Shown one piece after another: positions 11,088 to 23,124 of a DNA stretch of 45,691 nt. This DNA comes from Octopus bimaculoides (taxonomy: Eukaryota): the NCBI RefSeq assembly GCF_001194135.2, contig NC_068988.1:41049009-41094699 (forward strand). The letters are read 5' to 3'. Both the position numbers and the translations under genes were made by a program. The notes beneath the pieces were generated by a model. That model did not search any database, had not been told where the DNA came from, and worked only from the letters and a program-made list of their open reading frames with translations. Each line of letters begins with the position of its first letter. The first letter of the stretch is position 1.

Positions 11088-11311
11088 TGTGTATCTTTGT
11101 GTCTGTGTTGGTCTCTCTATTATCGCTTGACAACCGATACGGGTGTGCTTACGTCTTCGTAAACTAGCGGTTCGACAAAAGAGATCGATAACACAAATAC
11201 TTGGCTCACAAACATTAGGCCTTGGGGTTCATTTCTTCGACAAAAACCTCTTTAAGGTGGCACTCCAGCATGGCCGCTGTCAAATGCCCAAAATAAGTAA
11301 AAGAACAAACA
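11088..11311 (+). mobile_element. 3' module of SINE family B
   Basis: atcgcttgacaaccgat...agcggttcgacaaaagagatcgata...ctccagcatggccgctgtcaaatg; homologous to 11818-12030 and 38914-39120. Confidence 0.8.
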
Positions 11312-11313
11312 TA

Positions 11314-11349
<36 letters not shown>

Positions 11350-11428
11350 ATGTTATTTGTGTTCTTTTAATTGTTTCTGTCATATATATATATATATATA
11401 TATACATATGTGTGTGTGTGTGTGTGTG

Positions 11429-11470
<42 letters not shown>

Positions 11471-11817
11471 GGCACAAACAAATATAGTTCCAAATATGTT
11501 TGAATGAGAATCATCTCAATGCAAACATTGTCGGATAACCACCTGAATAATCGGAAATGTATAGTGTAATTTAAAAACATATTTTAGCAACAGAGACAGT
11601 ATTAATACGGAGAGATGATATTTATCCCCAGTTCAACGTGGACGTTCTGTTAGAACAAACTATACTGCAGTAGGTGCCATGAGAGAAACTTACATAATAG
11701 GCTTTTGGTGCAAACTGCACGGTTGTTTATATCGTATGTTCGTATATAAACATACGTGAATACGTTCGTGCATACGTACATGCATGCATACATACATACA
11801 TACATATATATATACAT

Positions 11818-12030
11818 ATATTCTTTTATTCTTTTATTTGTTTCAGTCGTTTGACCGCGACCATGCTGGAGCACCGCAAACATTGACCCCAGGACTTATT
11901 GTTTGTAAGCCTTAGTACATACTCTATCGATCCTTTTTGCCGAACCGCTAAGTTACGGTGACGTAAACATGCCAACATCGGTTGTCAAGCAATGGTAGGG
12001 AGAAAACATAAACACAAGGACACACATGAA
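11818..12030 (-). mobile_element. 3' module of SINE family B
   Basis: tcttttattcttttatttgtttcagtcgtttgaccgcgaccatgctggagcaccgc...ccgaaccgctaagttacggtgacgtaaac...catcggttgtcaagc. Confidence 0.85.
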
Positions 12031-12039
12031 TATATACAT

Positions 12040-12112
12040 ATTTTCATTTTTTCATTTCTTTCAATTTATCTAGTTTCAGCTCATGAGCTGTGGCCATGCT
12101 GGGGCACCGCCA
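12040..12112 (-). mobile_element. Short 3'-end fragment of a family B variant
   Basis: gtttcagctcatgagctgtggccatgctggggcaccgcc shares the ggccatgctgg.gcaccgc motif. Confidence 0.6.
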
Positions 12113-13296
12113 TTATATATTTATGTATTTATGTATTTGCTATTAATACAATGGAAAAAGTTTAAATTGAAGTATAATTTTACTTCATTTGATTATGAAG
12201 GGTTAATATTTTGCGAAATCTATATTTTTTAATCTTTTGCTGTTTTGACAAGGAATTGATATCGCTATATTTGATTTATGGCATAACCGAGTTGAAAAAT
12301 TAAAGAAGGTTTTGTGTAGTTTACTATATTTTTTGAAATTTTATAAACTTCCTATTGATGTTTACTAAATTCTGTACTTTAACTAGTCAAAAATATTCTA
12401 GCTGTAATAATTACCGAATATTTTATTGTAAACATTAACTAATCATATTATCAGCACCCCATAATAGTAAGTCAAATATGCTAATTATAGACGACAGAGT
12501 AAAAAAAAAAAGATAAAGTCAGTTCAGGTAACATATATGAAGGAATATTAATACAGTATGCATATTTAGTAAATATGTACGGAGAAACATGAGAAATTCG
12601 TGTAAATACGTGTAAATATGCGATCGTGAGAAATAATAAATTAAGATAGATATATTTACGAAGGATAACAGGTACACAAATAAGAAATGACAAAATTTGA
12701 AATTTAATATAGCGTGCAAACAGCTTATGATCGCTATATTCGATTGGTAGATCACAGATTTATCTAATGATAAGTAAGAGTAAAGGGAGTATACTTGAAA
12801 AGATTAACTTACCTGTACAAATACATGAGCGTAATACAGAACGTCTTTGCTCTGGCTTTGCGAGGGAAGCTAGATGTTGACTTCAAAAACAAAAACAAGA
12901 TACACATTTGTAACTGACGAAACATCTGATCTAAGCACCAGAAAACTAATGTGTTTAAGATGAGAGACTGTTTTCCTATAAACATCAAAATGTACAAACT
13001 TCATTAGCTATAATTCCTGTCTGACGACAGCATTTAAAATGCAATTGAAAAACATTGATAATGAACAATATTGATATAAACATTTACACTGGGCTCGGTA
13101 TGCATGTAACAAATAAATCTGCAGCATAATACGGCGTCCTTCAACATTCAGAAGTATGAACTCAAAGCATTACTTTTGTAAAATGCACCTGCTTTCTCGA
13201 TGTCTAAATTAACTTTCTCAGAAACTGCAAATTTGTTTCGTGTTAGCATCCCTTGGCGAGAAAAATTTCAGTAAGATACAAACACACATACACACT

Positions 13297-13377
<81 letters not shown>

Positions 13378-14011
13378 NNNNNNNNNNNNNNNNNNNNNNN
13401 NNNNNNNNNNNNNNNNNNNNNNNNNNNNNNNNNNNNNNNNNNNNNNNNNNNNNNNNNNNNNNNNNNNNNNNNNNNNNNNNNNNNNNNNNNNNNNNNNNNN
13501 NNNNNNNNNNNNNNNNNNNNNNNNNNNNNNNNNNNNNNNNNNNNNNNNNNNNNNNNNNNNNNNNNNNNNNNNNNNNNNNNNNNNNNNNNNNNNNNNNNNN
13601 NNNNNNNNNNNNNNNNNNNNNNNNNNNNNNNNNNNNNNNNNNNNNNNNNNNNNNNNNNNNNNNNNNNNNNNNNNNNNNNNNNNNNNNNNNNNNNNNNNNN
13701 NNNNNNNNNNNNNNNNNNNNNNNNNNNNNNNNNNNNNNNNNNNNNNNNNNNNNNNNNNNNNNNNNNNNNNNNNNNNNNNNNNNNNNNNNNNNNNNNNNNN
13801 NNNNNNNNNNNNNNNNNNNNNNNNNNNNNNNNNNNNNNNNNNNNNNNNNNNNNNNNNNNNNNNNNNNNNNNNNNNNNNNNNNNNNNNNNNNNNNNNNNNN
13901 NNNNNNNNNNNNNNNNNNNNNNNNNNNNNNNNNNNNNNNNNNNNNNNNNNNNNNNNNNNNNNNNNNNNNTATATATATATATATACATGCATACATACAT
14001 ACATACATACA

Positions 14012-14063
<52 letters not shown>

Positions 14064-14644
14064 CTGTAATGAATAAAGGAAATACATGCTACCAAATATT
14101 TGACCACAAATTTGCAAGCACGTCTCGTTGGTTGATTAAAAGATAATCATAAATAGTCTTGCAGCAAGAGGGGTAGCGTAATCGGTCCTTTATTTCAATT
14201 GTTAAAAATGAAGATAATCACATGAAATGTACTTTAATCAATATAATTGAAGGCAAAATTCATAAACTTTGTCTCCATTCTGCTTGTCTCACTATCTGGA
14301 ATTGTCAGAATGCACAGCTTTTATCAGCTTCAAAGCCCAATCTTATAAAATTGTTTGAAGTTCTTTGAAGACTATGCACTATGAAAAGAATATATAAGCT
14401 GATTGTCTTGGAGAAAGTTTCGAAGCCATCTTTCATGTAGGAAACAAGCTGGCTCTTTATCAGAAGCAACAATTCCGATCTAAAGAAGAAAAATGGCACG
14501 AAGTGTGGTTCCTGTTGTTTGTCTTCTGCAGGAAGAACGTGATTAACTATTGAGTGAACCTTCGCATCGAATTGGAAAAACAAAAACAATTAAGTCTGGC
14601 GAGATTGGGATTGCTTATGATTGCTGACATGTTTGGGAGCTTAT

Positions 14645-15176
14645 TTTTCATGAGCATGTGCTATTGCCGAACTGCTAGGTTACGGGGACGTAAACACACC
14701 AACATCGGTTGCCAAGCGATGGTGGGTGGGGGGGGGATACAAACACAGACACAAAGACACACACATAAATATATACATATATATACATATATGACGGGCT
14801 TTCAGTTTCCGTCAACCAAATCCACTCACAAAGCTCTGTTCGGCCCGAGGTTACAGTAGAAGAGACTTGCCCAAGGTGCCAAGCAATGGGACTGAACCCG
14901 GAACCATGTGATTGGGAAGCAAGTTTCTTATTTCTTTTTTATTTCTTTATTGGCCACAAGGGGCTAAACATAGAGGGGACAGACAAACGGATTAAGTCGA
15001 TTATATTCACCCCAGTGCGTAACTGGTACTTAATTTATCGACCCCGAAAGGATGAAAGGCAAAGTAGACCTCGGCGGAATTTGAACTTAGAACGTAACGG
15101 CAGACGAAATACCGCTAAGCATTTCGCCCGGCGTGCTAACGTTTCTGCTAGCTCGCCGCCTTCTTACCACACAACC

Positions 15177-15178
<2 letters not shown>
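14645..15178 (-). mobile_element. SINE family B (tRNA-like head, CORE-like 'accttgggcaagt' segment, internal microsatellite, 3' module), head split by a family A insertion
   Basis: 14645-14930 is colinear with 45078-45240 and with the 3' modules; the head resumes at 15161-15178 (ttcttaccacacaaccat). Confidence 0.88.
14931..15160 (-). mobile_element. Full-length SINE family A (tail type 1) nested in the family B head
   Basis: Complete head, body and tail; TTCTTA target-site duplication at 14925-14930 and 15161-15166. Confidence 0.93.
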
Positions 15179-15207
<29 letters not shown>

Positions 15208-16179
15208 TGTATGTATGTATTTGCATGCAATGTATATATGCATCTTGTCTTTATACAATGAAGAACGTATGTAAGATAAACGTGACAAACGTGAACAAGG
15301 GAAAGACATAAAGGAACAGAGATACTAATATTTTTTTTCAAGGAGAGGGGGTAATATATTTCTCAGTTTGGGGGATGTTTTCGTCTTTTACTTTTGTGTT
15401 ATTATTACGTCGTATAGTATCATGTTCAATGATGTTGAATCGGGAAATAATTTATTCTGCATAAATTTTATTTTATTCTTTTTCATATTTTTCCAGATCG
15501 TAAAGTATATTTTAGCGACATATATATGACAAGTACTCCTGGCTGATGTTTGTCCCAGGCCTGATGCTGTTTGATTTACATCATTGTGTATTAACAACAA
15601 CAATAACGACAGCAACAACATCAACAAGAACAATTATAATATACTTGTAAATACTGATATATTACTAGACTTATAGAAGAAACCGACTCGTACCTCACGC
15701 CTTCTAGACACCAATTATGCGCAGTTACTCTACATCCGTCAACTGAACTTAGTACAAAGTTTATTCGTCAAAATTTCTGAAAATGTTTCATGGTAACCTC
15801 CCAGCACACAAACACACCAGCAAAAAACACACGTGCATACATACATGCACACTAATATATATGTGTGTGTGTATGTGCGTGTGTGTATGTGCGTGTGTGT
15901 ACGTATGTATATGTATATAAATATATATGCATACACACATATATCATATACATATATGCACACACACACACACACAGATATATATATATATATATATATA
16001 NNNNNNNNNNTAGTTTAGTCTGTTTTTAGGGGGCTAGCTTTGAGAGTTGCATTTCCTCGCGTTCGGTAAAAATGTGTTTATTATGGTAGTCTGACCTTAG
16101 AGTCCCTCTTAGCGTTAGGCATTCATGTATAGAAATGCCCTTATATAAATAAATATATTTGGGGGAATGAATAATGAAA

Positions 16180-16945
16180 TTTTCCCTTATGAGACTTTCT
16201 CACGCTAGCTACTTGATAAATTCTTATAAAAGACTTTATCCTATTATTGAATTAATATGTCCATTCTTTAGCTAAAGTAGTCTCCAGTTCTTGTAGTGAT
16301 GATGGTGGAAGATATCGACTCCTTAGCTGTTTTTCTAAAATGCATGATAAATATTCAATAATATTAAGATCTGGGTACTGTGGTAGCCAGATAAGATATT
16401 CAACTTCACTAGAATGTCCTCGTGCCATTCAGTAACAACTTTAGCTGTGTGAATTGGTGCATTATTATCCTGAAAGATTGCGTTTCCGTCCGGAAACAGT
16501 TCCGCAAACACAGGGCGATTTTCATCGCTTAAAGAGTCTTGACTATTAATTCGAGTAAGAGTCCATAGGTCCCTATCTGAAAGTTTCGGTTTTCTTCCGG
16601 AGTTTTATTTCTACGAGGCTTTTCCCTCTTTCTCAAAGGCTGTCATTACTTTCGAGACAGTACTTCTTGATGCACCAAACATTTCGGCTGTTTTCGTTAC
16701 GCTAGCGCCTGCCATACGAGCACCAACAATTTGAACTCTTTGAAAATCCGATAGATTTATCATTTTAATGAATTATAATTACCCTTTTCTGATGATATCT
16801 GAAAAGAAACAGCAATTTTAGCAAAACATATTAAGCAACACTAATAATAAATAAAATAAATAAATAAATAAATAAGCTTTTGACGGTACTATAGATATTT
16901 CAAAATTATAATGCTAGGTGTTTCCATTATTTTGTCCAACCCCTG
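16180..16945 (-). mobile_element. Internally deleted Tc1-like (DD34E-type) transposon
   Basis: TIR at 16917-16945 (minus strand: caggggttggacaaaataatggaaacacc). ATG at 16763 gives MINLSDFQRVQIVGARMAGASVTKTAEMFGASRSTVSKV..SGRKPKLSDRD (HTH region), then jumps to FPDGNAIFQDNNAPIHTAKVVTEWH and IWLPQYPDLNIIEYL..LEKQLRSR..PPSSLQELE. Confidence 0.9.
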
Positions 16946-17204
16946 TGTATGTATATATATATACATATATATATATAAACGAAAGAAAGAGGCACTCAAC
17001 ACATTTAGTAAGGGTTACATATACACTTATTTAAAATAGTTTGATTCGGACCCAAGCAACCTAACGTTTCCTTGATTTCTGTAAGAAACCTACTGAAGTG
17101 CGAAGCCTAACGAAGTTGCAAAGGGGTGAAACAAACTATTTTAAATAATATGTAACTCTTACTAAATGTGCTGGTTGCCGCTTTTCTTTCTTCTGGGAGC
17201 GTTG

Positions 17205-17324
17205 GTCTGGTGATGGTGGTGGTGGTGATGATGAGTATAATGATGGTGATGATGATGATGATCATCATCATCACCACACCACCACAACCATCACAACGAC
17301 CATCACTAATACTACCACCATCAA

Positions 17325-17355
<31 letters not shown>

Positions 17356-17400
17356 GCCACCACCAGCACCACCACCATGATCGTGATCACGATGGTCATG
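17205..17400. repeat. Trinucleotide tract switching from (GGT/GAT)n to (CAT/CAC/CGT)n
   Basis: Directly visible; perfect 24-bp palindrome at 17250-17273. Confidence 0.85.
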
Positions 17401-17801
17401 ATAATATTGTTGATAATTGCTTGTATTTATTCTTTCTTACTGTGTATTTATTTTGTTTTCTTTACCACCCAAATATATTATCCGATAGCCTATCATTTGA
17501 TATTCTGATACCACAAAAAGTGATAGGAGATACTCGAAAAGTAACATGAACATCTAGGAATGAAAACATTAACAATGACAAATATGAACAAAAAAAGAAC
17601 AAAACAGCAATAAAATGACGAGAACAGCGACGGAAAAAAAATAATATCAATAGCGAAAATAATAACAACAATAAAAACAACATCAACCACAACTATTAAT
17701 GTAAGAAAACGTAAGATTAGAGAAGCATATAGCCATGAACCTATCGGAATTAAAAGCTTCACGTATGAGCGAATAGACACATACGCATACACACACATAC
17801 G

Positions 17802-17834
<33 letters not shown>

Positions 17835-17846
17835 GTATGTATGCAT

Positions 17847-17882
<36 letters not shown>

Positions 17883-18478
17883 TCATATATATATACATAC
17901 AAGTATATGTATATGTATGAATATATATATATANNNNNNNNNNNNNNNNNNNNNNNNNNNNNNNNNNNNNNNNNNNNNNNNNNNNNNNNNNNNNNNNNNN
18001 NNNNNNNNNNNNNNNNNNNNNNNNNNNNNNNNNNNNNNNNNNNNNNNNNNNNNNNNNNNNNNNNNNNNNNNNNNNNNNNNNNNNNNNNNNNNNNNNNNNN
18101 NNNNNNNNNNNNNNNNNNNNNNNNNNNNNNNNNNNNNNNNNNNNNNNNNNNNNNNNNNNNNNNNNNNNNNNNNNNNNNNNNNNNNNNNNNNNNNNNNNNN
18201 NNNNNNNNNNNNNNNNNNNNNNNNNNNNNNNNNNNNNNNNNNNNNNNNNNNNNNNNNNNNNNNNNNNNNNNNNNNNNNNNNNNNNNNNNNNNNNNNNNNN
18301 NNNNNNNNNNNNNNNNNNNNNNNNNNNNNNNNNNNNNNNNNNNNNNNNNNNNNNNNNNNNNNNNNNNNNNNNNNNNNNNNNNNNNNNNNNNNNNNNNNNN
18401 NNNNNNNNNNNNNNNNNNNNNNNNNNNNNNNNNNNNNNNNNNNNNNNNNNNNNNNNNNNNNNNNNNNNNNNNNNNNNN

Positions 18479-18536
<58 letters not shown>

Positions 18537-18859
18537 GTATGTGTGTGTGTGTGTGTGTGCGTGTGTGTACACACATATGTACATACATGCATCTCTCTCT
18601 CTCTCTCTATTTCTCTTTCCCTTTCGGTTTCTCTCATTCTTTTTTCTCCCCTTCGCCGTTTTCTATTTGTCTGTCTGTCTCTCTCTCTCCCTCTTCCTCC
18701 TTTACTCTCTCTCGTTGCTTACACGTGACCATCGTCCATCTTTCCTCTCCTCACATGATCATCTTTCTTTTCCTTCAGTCTGTTGTGCAGTCCAGATGCA
18801 TTCCTATCTGTCTCCTCTCCTATCTTTTCTCTTATCAAAGAATTTTCTTCCAGCGTTCG

Positions 18860-19595
18860 CTACCTTACCTCGTCTGATAGCCCTCTCTGTTTGCATTGTT
18901 TCAGGAACATCTCAAGAAAACTTGCAAACTCATTTTCAGGCACTGGGGGTGGATTGTGTTCCCACCAGTTTTTATAATGGTGTAGGTCCAGGTTTTTGCA
19001 AATTACCCAGTGAATATATTGTGCTGTGCTATCATGCCTGTTGAGATACTCTATAGGGCAAGAAGACTGCACATAGAGACAACATGATCAATGATTTCCT
19101 TTTGTCGTTTACATGCACGACATGTCGGGCTACTGCTGTTCTTTAATATGTTAGCCTGGTAGATTCTTGTAGGTAGGCATTGATATTGGGCTGCTATGAT
19201 AAACCCTTCTGTTTCTGATTTTAAGCCAGAAGATACTAACCATTGATGGGTAAGGACTTTGTCAACATCGGCATTATTAGTTTTCTTTGAGTTTTTGCCA
19301 TTGAGTTGTTTTTCTTGCCATTTATCAGTAAGAATATCTGAGGCAGCAGTTTTAGCTTTTCCTGTGCTTGTTTCCCGTACGTCTAATTGTGGGATTTGTT
19401 CTATTTGGAATTCAGTTAGATATTCCCTTGCCTGTTTTGTTACTGGGTATGCTGTTTTCTTGTTTTCATACATCAAGACAAGTTTTAACATCCAGTCATC
19501 AGAGTTTTCAGGTAGGTGTTGAGGCCATTTGTGGCATTCTTCATTGTTAATTCCAATATTCAAATATTTCTTCAAATATTGTGACAGTATCAAAA
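18860..19595 (-). mobile_element. RLE-type non-LTR retrotransposon remnant (R4/Dong-like), post-RT and zinc-knuckle region
   Basis: ORF 19051-19593: KWQEKQLNGK..DVDKVLTHQWLVSSGLKSETEGFIIAAQYQCLPTRIYQANI..CRACK..EIIDHVVSMC (CCHC). ORF 18860-19072: RHDSTAQYIHWVICK..WEHNPPPVPEN. Frameshifted. Confidence 0.9.
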
Positions 19596-19628
19596 GTTTT
19601 TTCTAAAAACATTTGCGTGTGTGTGTGT

Positions 19629-19724
<96 letters not shown>

Positions 19725-19754
19725 ATGAGTGTCCATACATATGCATACACATGT

Positions 19755-20232
19755 ACATTCCTGCTTAGACAACATCGCATCTAGCATCGCACGCACAAAC
19801 AAACGTAAAAATGCACCCACACCACTCCCAACCCCAGCCTGCAACTGCCGAAACCCCACCATGTGCCCTCTAGAAGGATTGTAGTATTCAGAGCCACGCT
19901 TACATCATTCGATTGCATTACTAGGCACGCTACAGGTATGACAGCTAATGACGTGAAGGGAAGATACTCACAGCATATGCACTCGTTCAAATACAGAGAC
20001 AGAGAGAACTCTACTTCCCTGTCTCGTTTCCTCTGGAGACTCCCTGATCACTAATATAAAATACCCAGCATCAAGTGAACTATTGTCGACAGAGCGCCAC
20101 CATATTCACCCGGTGCCTCCAACTGCCAGCTCTGCCTCCGCGAAAAACTGCACATCCTCCAACAACCCGTAGTATTCACCAAGAAATACGATTTATCGTA
20201 TTGCTATCACTAAAGAATTTCAGTCCTCTGAC
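19755..20232 (+). pseudogene. Penelope-type Cys-rich linker and GIY-YIG endonuclease remnant
   Basis: HSCLDNIASSIARTNKRK..CNCRNPTMCPLEG, a frameshift, then IVVFRATL..TGMTANDVKGRYSQHMHSFKYRDRENSTSLSRFLWRL..*..IK*TIVDRAPPYSPGASNCQLCLREKLHIL..KKYDLSYCYH. This matches the PLE pattern Y.A.V..Y.G.T..FK.R..H..SF..T.LS..W..I.W.I..C.LCL.EK..I..CRH. Confidence 0.88.
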
Positions 20233-20324
20233 TGCCGACAACCCGAATATACCACCTTAGCACAAGCTGCTACACTGCATCACTTACACCAAGGTCACCA
20301 AAAACTGACCAGCCCTATGAGCAA

Positions 20325-20415
20325 GACCACCATTTACCAATCCCCAACATTTACCAACTCCCAACGCATGCCAATCCCCAACATTTACCAACTCCCAATG
20401 CTTCCCAACCCCCAA
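20325..20415 (+). repeat. C-rich minisatellite (ccaatccccaacatttaccaactcccaa-like units)
   Basis: The unit ccaatccccaacatttaccaactcccaa occurs twice, with partial copies on either side. Confidence 0.75.
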
Positions 20416-20955
20416 TGCTTGTTTTGCGCGTGTATACGTGTGCACGTGCATGCGTGTGTCCGCGCACACTGGTATGCATACGTACATGCATGCAAATATA
20501 CATATTACATATGAATGAATACGCACGTGTGGGTGTATTTATGTACGTGTGCATATGTGTGCGTTTGGCTGTGTATGTGTGTGCGTGTTCGTCCAAGTGT
20601 GTGTATGTATGTGTGTGTGTGTGTGCGGACGTGCGCGCCCATGTACAGATGTGCACATTCCCATCAATATACCCAAATACGAAAACTTATATGAGCGTGT
20701 CTACACACCCATATAGCATTATATATATTCACATGCCACCTCTCCTTTCTTCTCCAACAACCTGACCGACTTCTAATCACCACGTGCTCTATTCCTTGTC
20801 CTCCACGAGGTCAATTGTCTGTTTGCCATGCAGTATTTCCCAACTAACTGTTACCCATAAACCAATACCAAACTATGACGCCGCGTGACCTTTCTCGACC
20901 AATCGCAGCCCGCCTTACGATAATAACAATCAACTTCTGTCACTCAAATACAAAA

Positions 20956-20996
20956 TGGCTGACGACTAGCATCATGCAGGAAACTCAAGAGTACCA
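20956..20996 (+). ncRNA. Minimal type I hammerhead ribozyme motif at the Penelope-like terminus
   Basis: TGG-CTGACGA-ctagcatcatgcag-GAAA-CTC-aa-GAG-TA-CCA. Complete core; stem II 5 bp with one bulge; stem III ACTC/GAGT; GUA triplet at 20991-20993; 3-bp stem I. Confidence 0.72.
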
Positions 20997-21462
20997 ACGA
21001 ATTTGAATCAAACTGTTTTGATCCATATATATATATATATANNNNNNNNNNNNNNNNNNNNNNNNNNNNNNNNNNNNNNNNNNNNNNNNNNNNNNNNNNN
21101 NNNNNNNNNNNNNNNNNNNNNNNNNNNNNNNNNNNNNNNNNNNNNNNNNNNNNNNNNNNNNNNNNNNNNNNNNNNNNNNNNNNNNNNNNNNNNNNNNNNN
21201 NNNNNNNNNNNNNNNNNNNNNNNNNNNNNNNNNNNNNNNNNNNNNNNNNNNNNNNNNNNNNNNNNNNNNNNNNNNNNNNNNNNNNNNNNNNNNNNNNNNN
21301 NNNNNNNNNNNNNNNNNNNNNNNNNNNNNNNNNNNNNNNNNNNNNNNNNNNNNNNNNNNNNNNNNNNNNNNNNNNNNNNNNNNNNNNNNNNNNNNNNNNN
21401 NNNNNNNNNNNNNNNNNNNNNNNNNNNNNNNNNNNTATATGGATACACACACACATATACAA

Positions 21463-21505
<43 letters not shown>

Positions 21506-21550
21506 ACACTTACCCGCACATACATACTTTTATACCTACCTACATATATA

Positions 21551-21586
<36 letters not shown>

Positions 21587-22496
21587 CAATTGCGCATGTA
21601 TGTATTATCCACAAACACGAACACATACAAACAGGCATACGCATACGCGCACGCATACACACTTACACAAATAGAAACACTCCAACACATGTGTATTGCG
21701 TATTACTGTGCAATGTAACATCTTATATATTTCCCATAGTTTTCAATAATATCCTTGAGAGGGAATAGTTAGTCAACACCCCATGAGATAAATCTTGTCA
21801 TGTGTCAGATTTTACTTGGAACATAAGACCATCATTACGGATAAAGGCAGAATTACATGGAGGCTGGTCTTAGCAACTGTACGCTTGTGTCAAAGCTGTT
21901 TATCTAATGTTGACAACTTAAAAGTTAAATATTGCCAGCATATGCCTTTGTGTGTGTTTGTGTGTGTGTGTGTGCGCGCGCGCCTGCGTGTGTGTATCTG
22001 TGTGCGTGTCTTGGAGAGTGTGCATATGTACATATCTATATCTGTATATATATTTACACATATACATGTATGTATATATATATATATATATNNNNNNNNN
22101 NNNNNNNNNNNNNNNNNNNNNNNNNNNNNNNNNNNNNNNNNNNNNNNNNNNNNNNNNNNNNNNNNNNNNNNNNNNNNNNNNNNNNNNNNNNNNNNNNNNN
22201 NNNNNNNNNNNNNNNNNNNNNNNNNNNNNNNNNNNNNNNNNNNNNNNNNNNNNNNNNNNNNNNNNNNNNNNNNNNNNNNNNNNNNNNNNNNNNNNNNNNN
22301 NNNNNNNNNNNNNNNNNNNNNNNNNNNNNNNNNNNNNNNNNNNNNNNNNNNNNNNNNNNNNNNNNNNNNNNNNNNNNNNNNNNNNNNNNNNNNNNNNNNN
22401 NNNNNNNNNNNNNNNNNNNNNNNNNNNNNNNNNNNNNNNNNNNNNNNNNNNNNNNNNNNNNNNNNNNNNNNNNNNNNNNNNNNNNNNNNNNNNNNN

Positions 22497-22527
<31 letters not shown>

Positions 22528-22967
22528 ACAACGGCGATATATCTGTAGTATGCGTATCAATGTGCGTGTATCAAAATACGTATATATGTTGAAGTATGAG
22601 TGTGCTTGTGTGCATTATGTGTGCGTCTTTGTGTCAGTCTTTGTTCGCAGATGTGCATTTAGGGTTAAATGCGCAAATACGCATGTCACTGCATTGATGC
22701 ATGCATCAGTCTATATACGCAAAATCACATACGTAGGCAGACACAAGGACACACACACTCATAAACATACAAACACAAACGCACACACATACCCACACAT
22801 ACACACACGCATATACCGCATGCGCACACATTCATATACCCGTTTTGAATTTGTAAATGGAAGAAGTATATGACTGAATGCATATTGAGTGTATTCATTT
22901 ATACGCTTCTGAATAATTTTCCCTTCTCTTACTCTGTGTTTCTCGTATTTGTTTTTCACACTGACCG

Positions 22968-23052
22968 TATATTTCTCATATCTGTGTGTTTCTCGTATCT
23001 ATGTGTTTCTTGTATCTGTGTATTTCTCGTATCTGTATGTTTCTCGTATCTG
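22968..23052 (+). repeat. ~18-bp minisatellite (tttctcgtatctgtgtg-like), about 5 units
   Basis: Directly visible. Confidence 0.8.
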
Positions 23053-23093
23053 TTTTTCACAGTTACAACGAAATAATGCTCCAGCATTGCTTG

Positions 23094-23124
<31 letters not shown>

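Larger units (their letters stand above)
19755..21025 (+). mobile_element. 5'-truncated Penelope-like element: EN-coding 3' end, low-complexity 3' region and hammerhead-bearing terminus
   Basis: GIY-YIG remnant at 19755-20232 and a terminal 196 bp homologous to 7564-7770, ending at (TA)n. That both parts belong to a single element is inferred from their colinearity. Confidence 0.72.

Noticed and set aside
14305-14620. Non-repetitive segment with short ORFs and an acceptor-like tttgtcttctgcag
   Set aside because: No recognisable domain or matching donor site.
20075-20077. In-frame TGA in the Penelope endonuclease as possible selenocysteine
   Set aside because: It falls at a conserved Trp (TGG>TGA), and the same remnant has a TAA stop and a frameshift, so decay is the simpler explanation.
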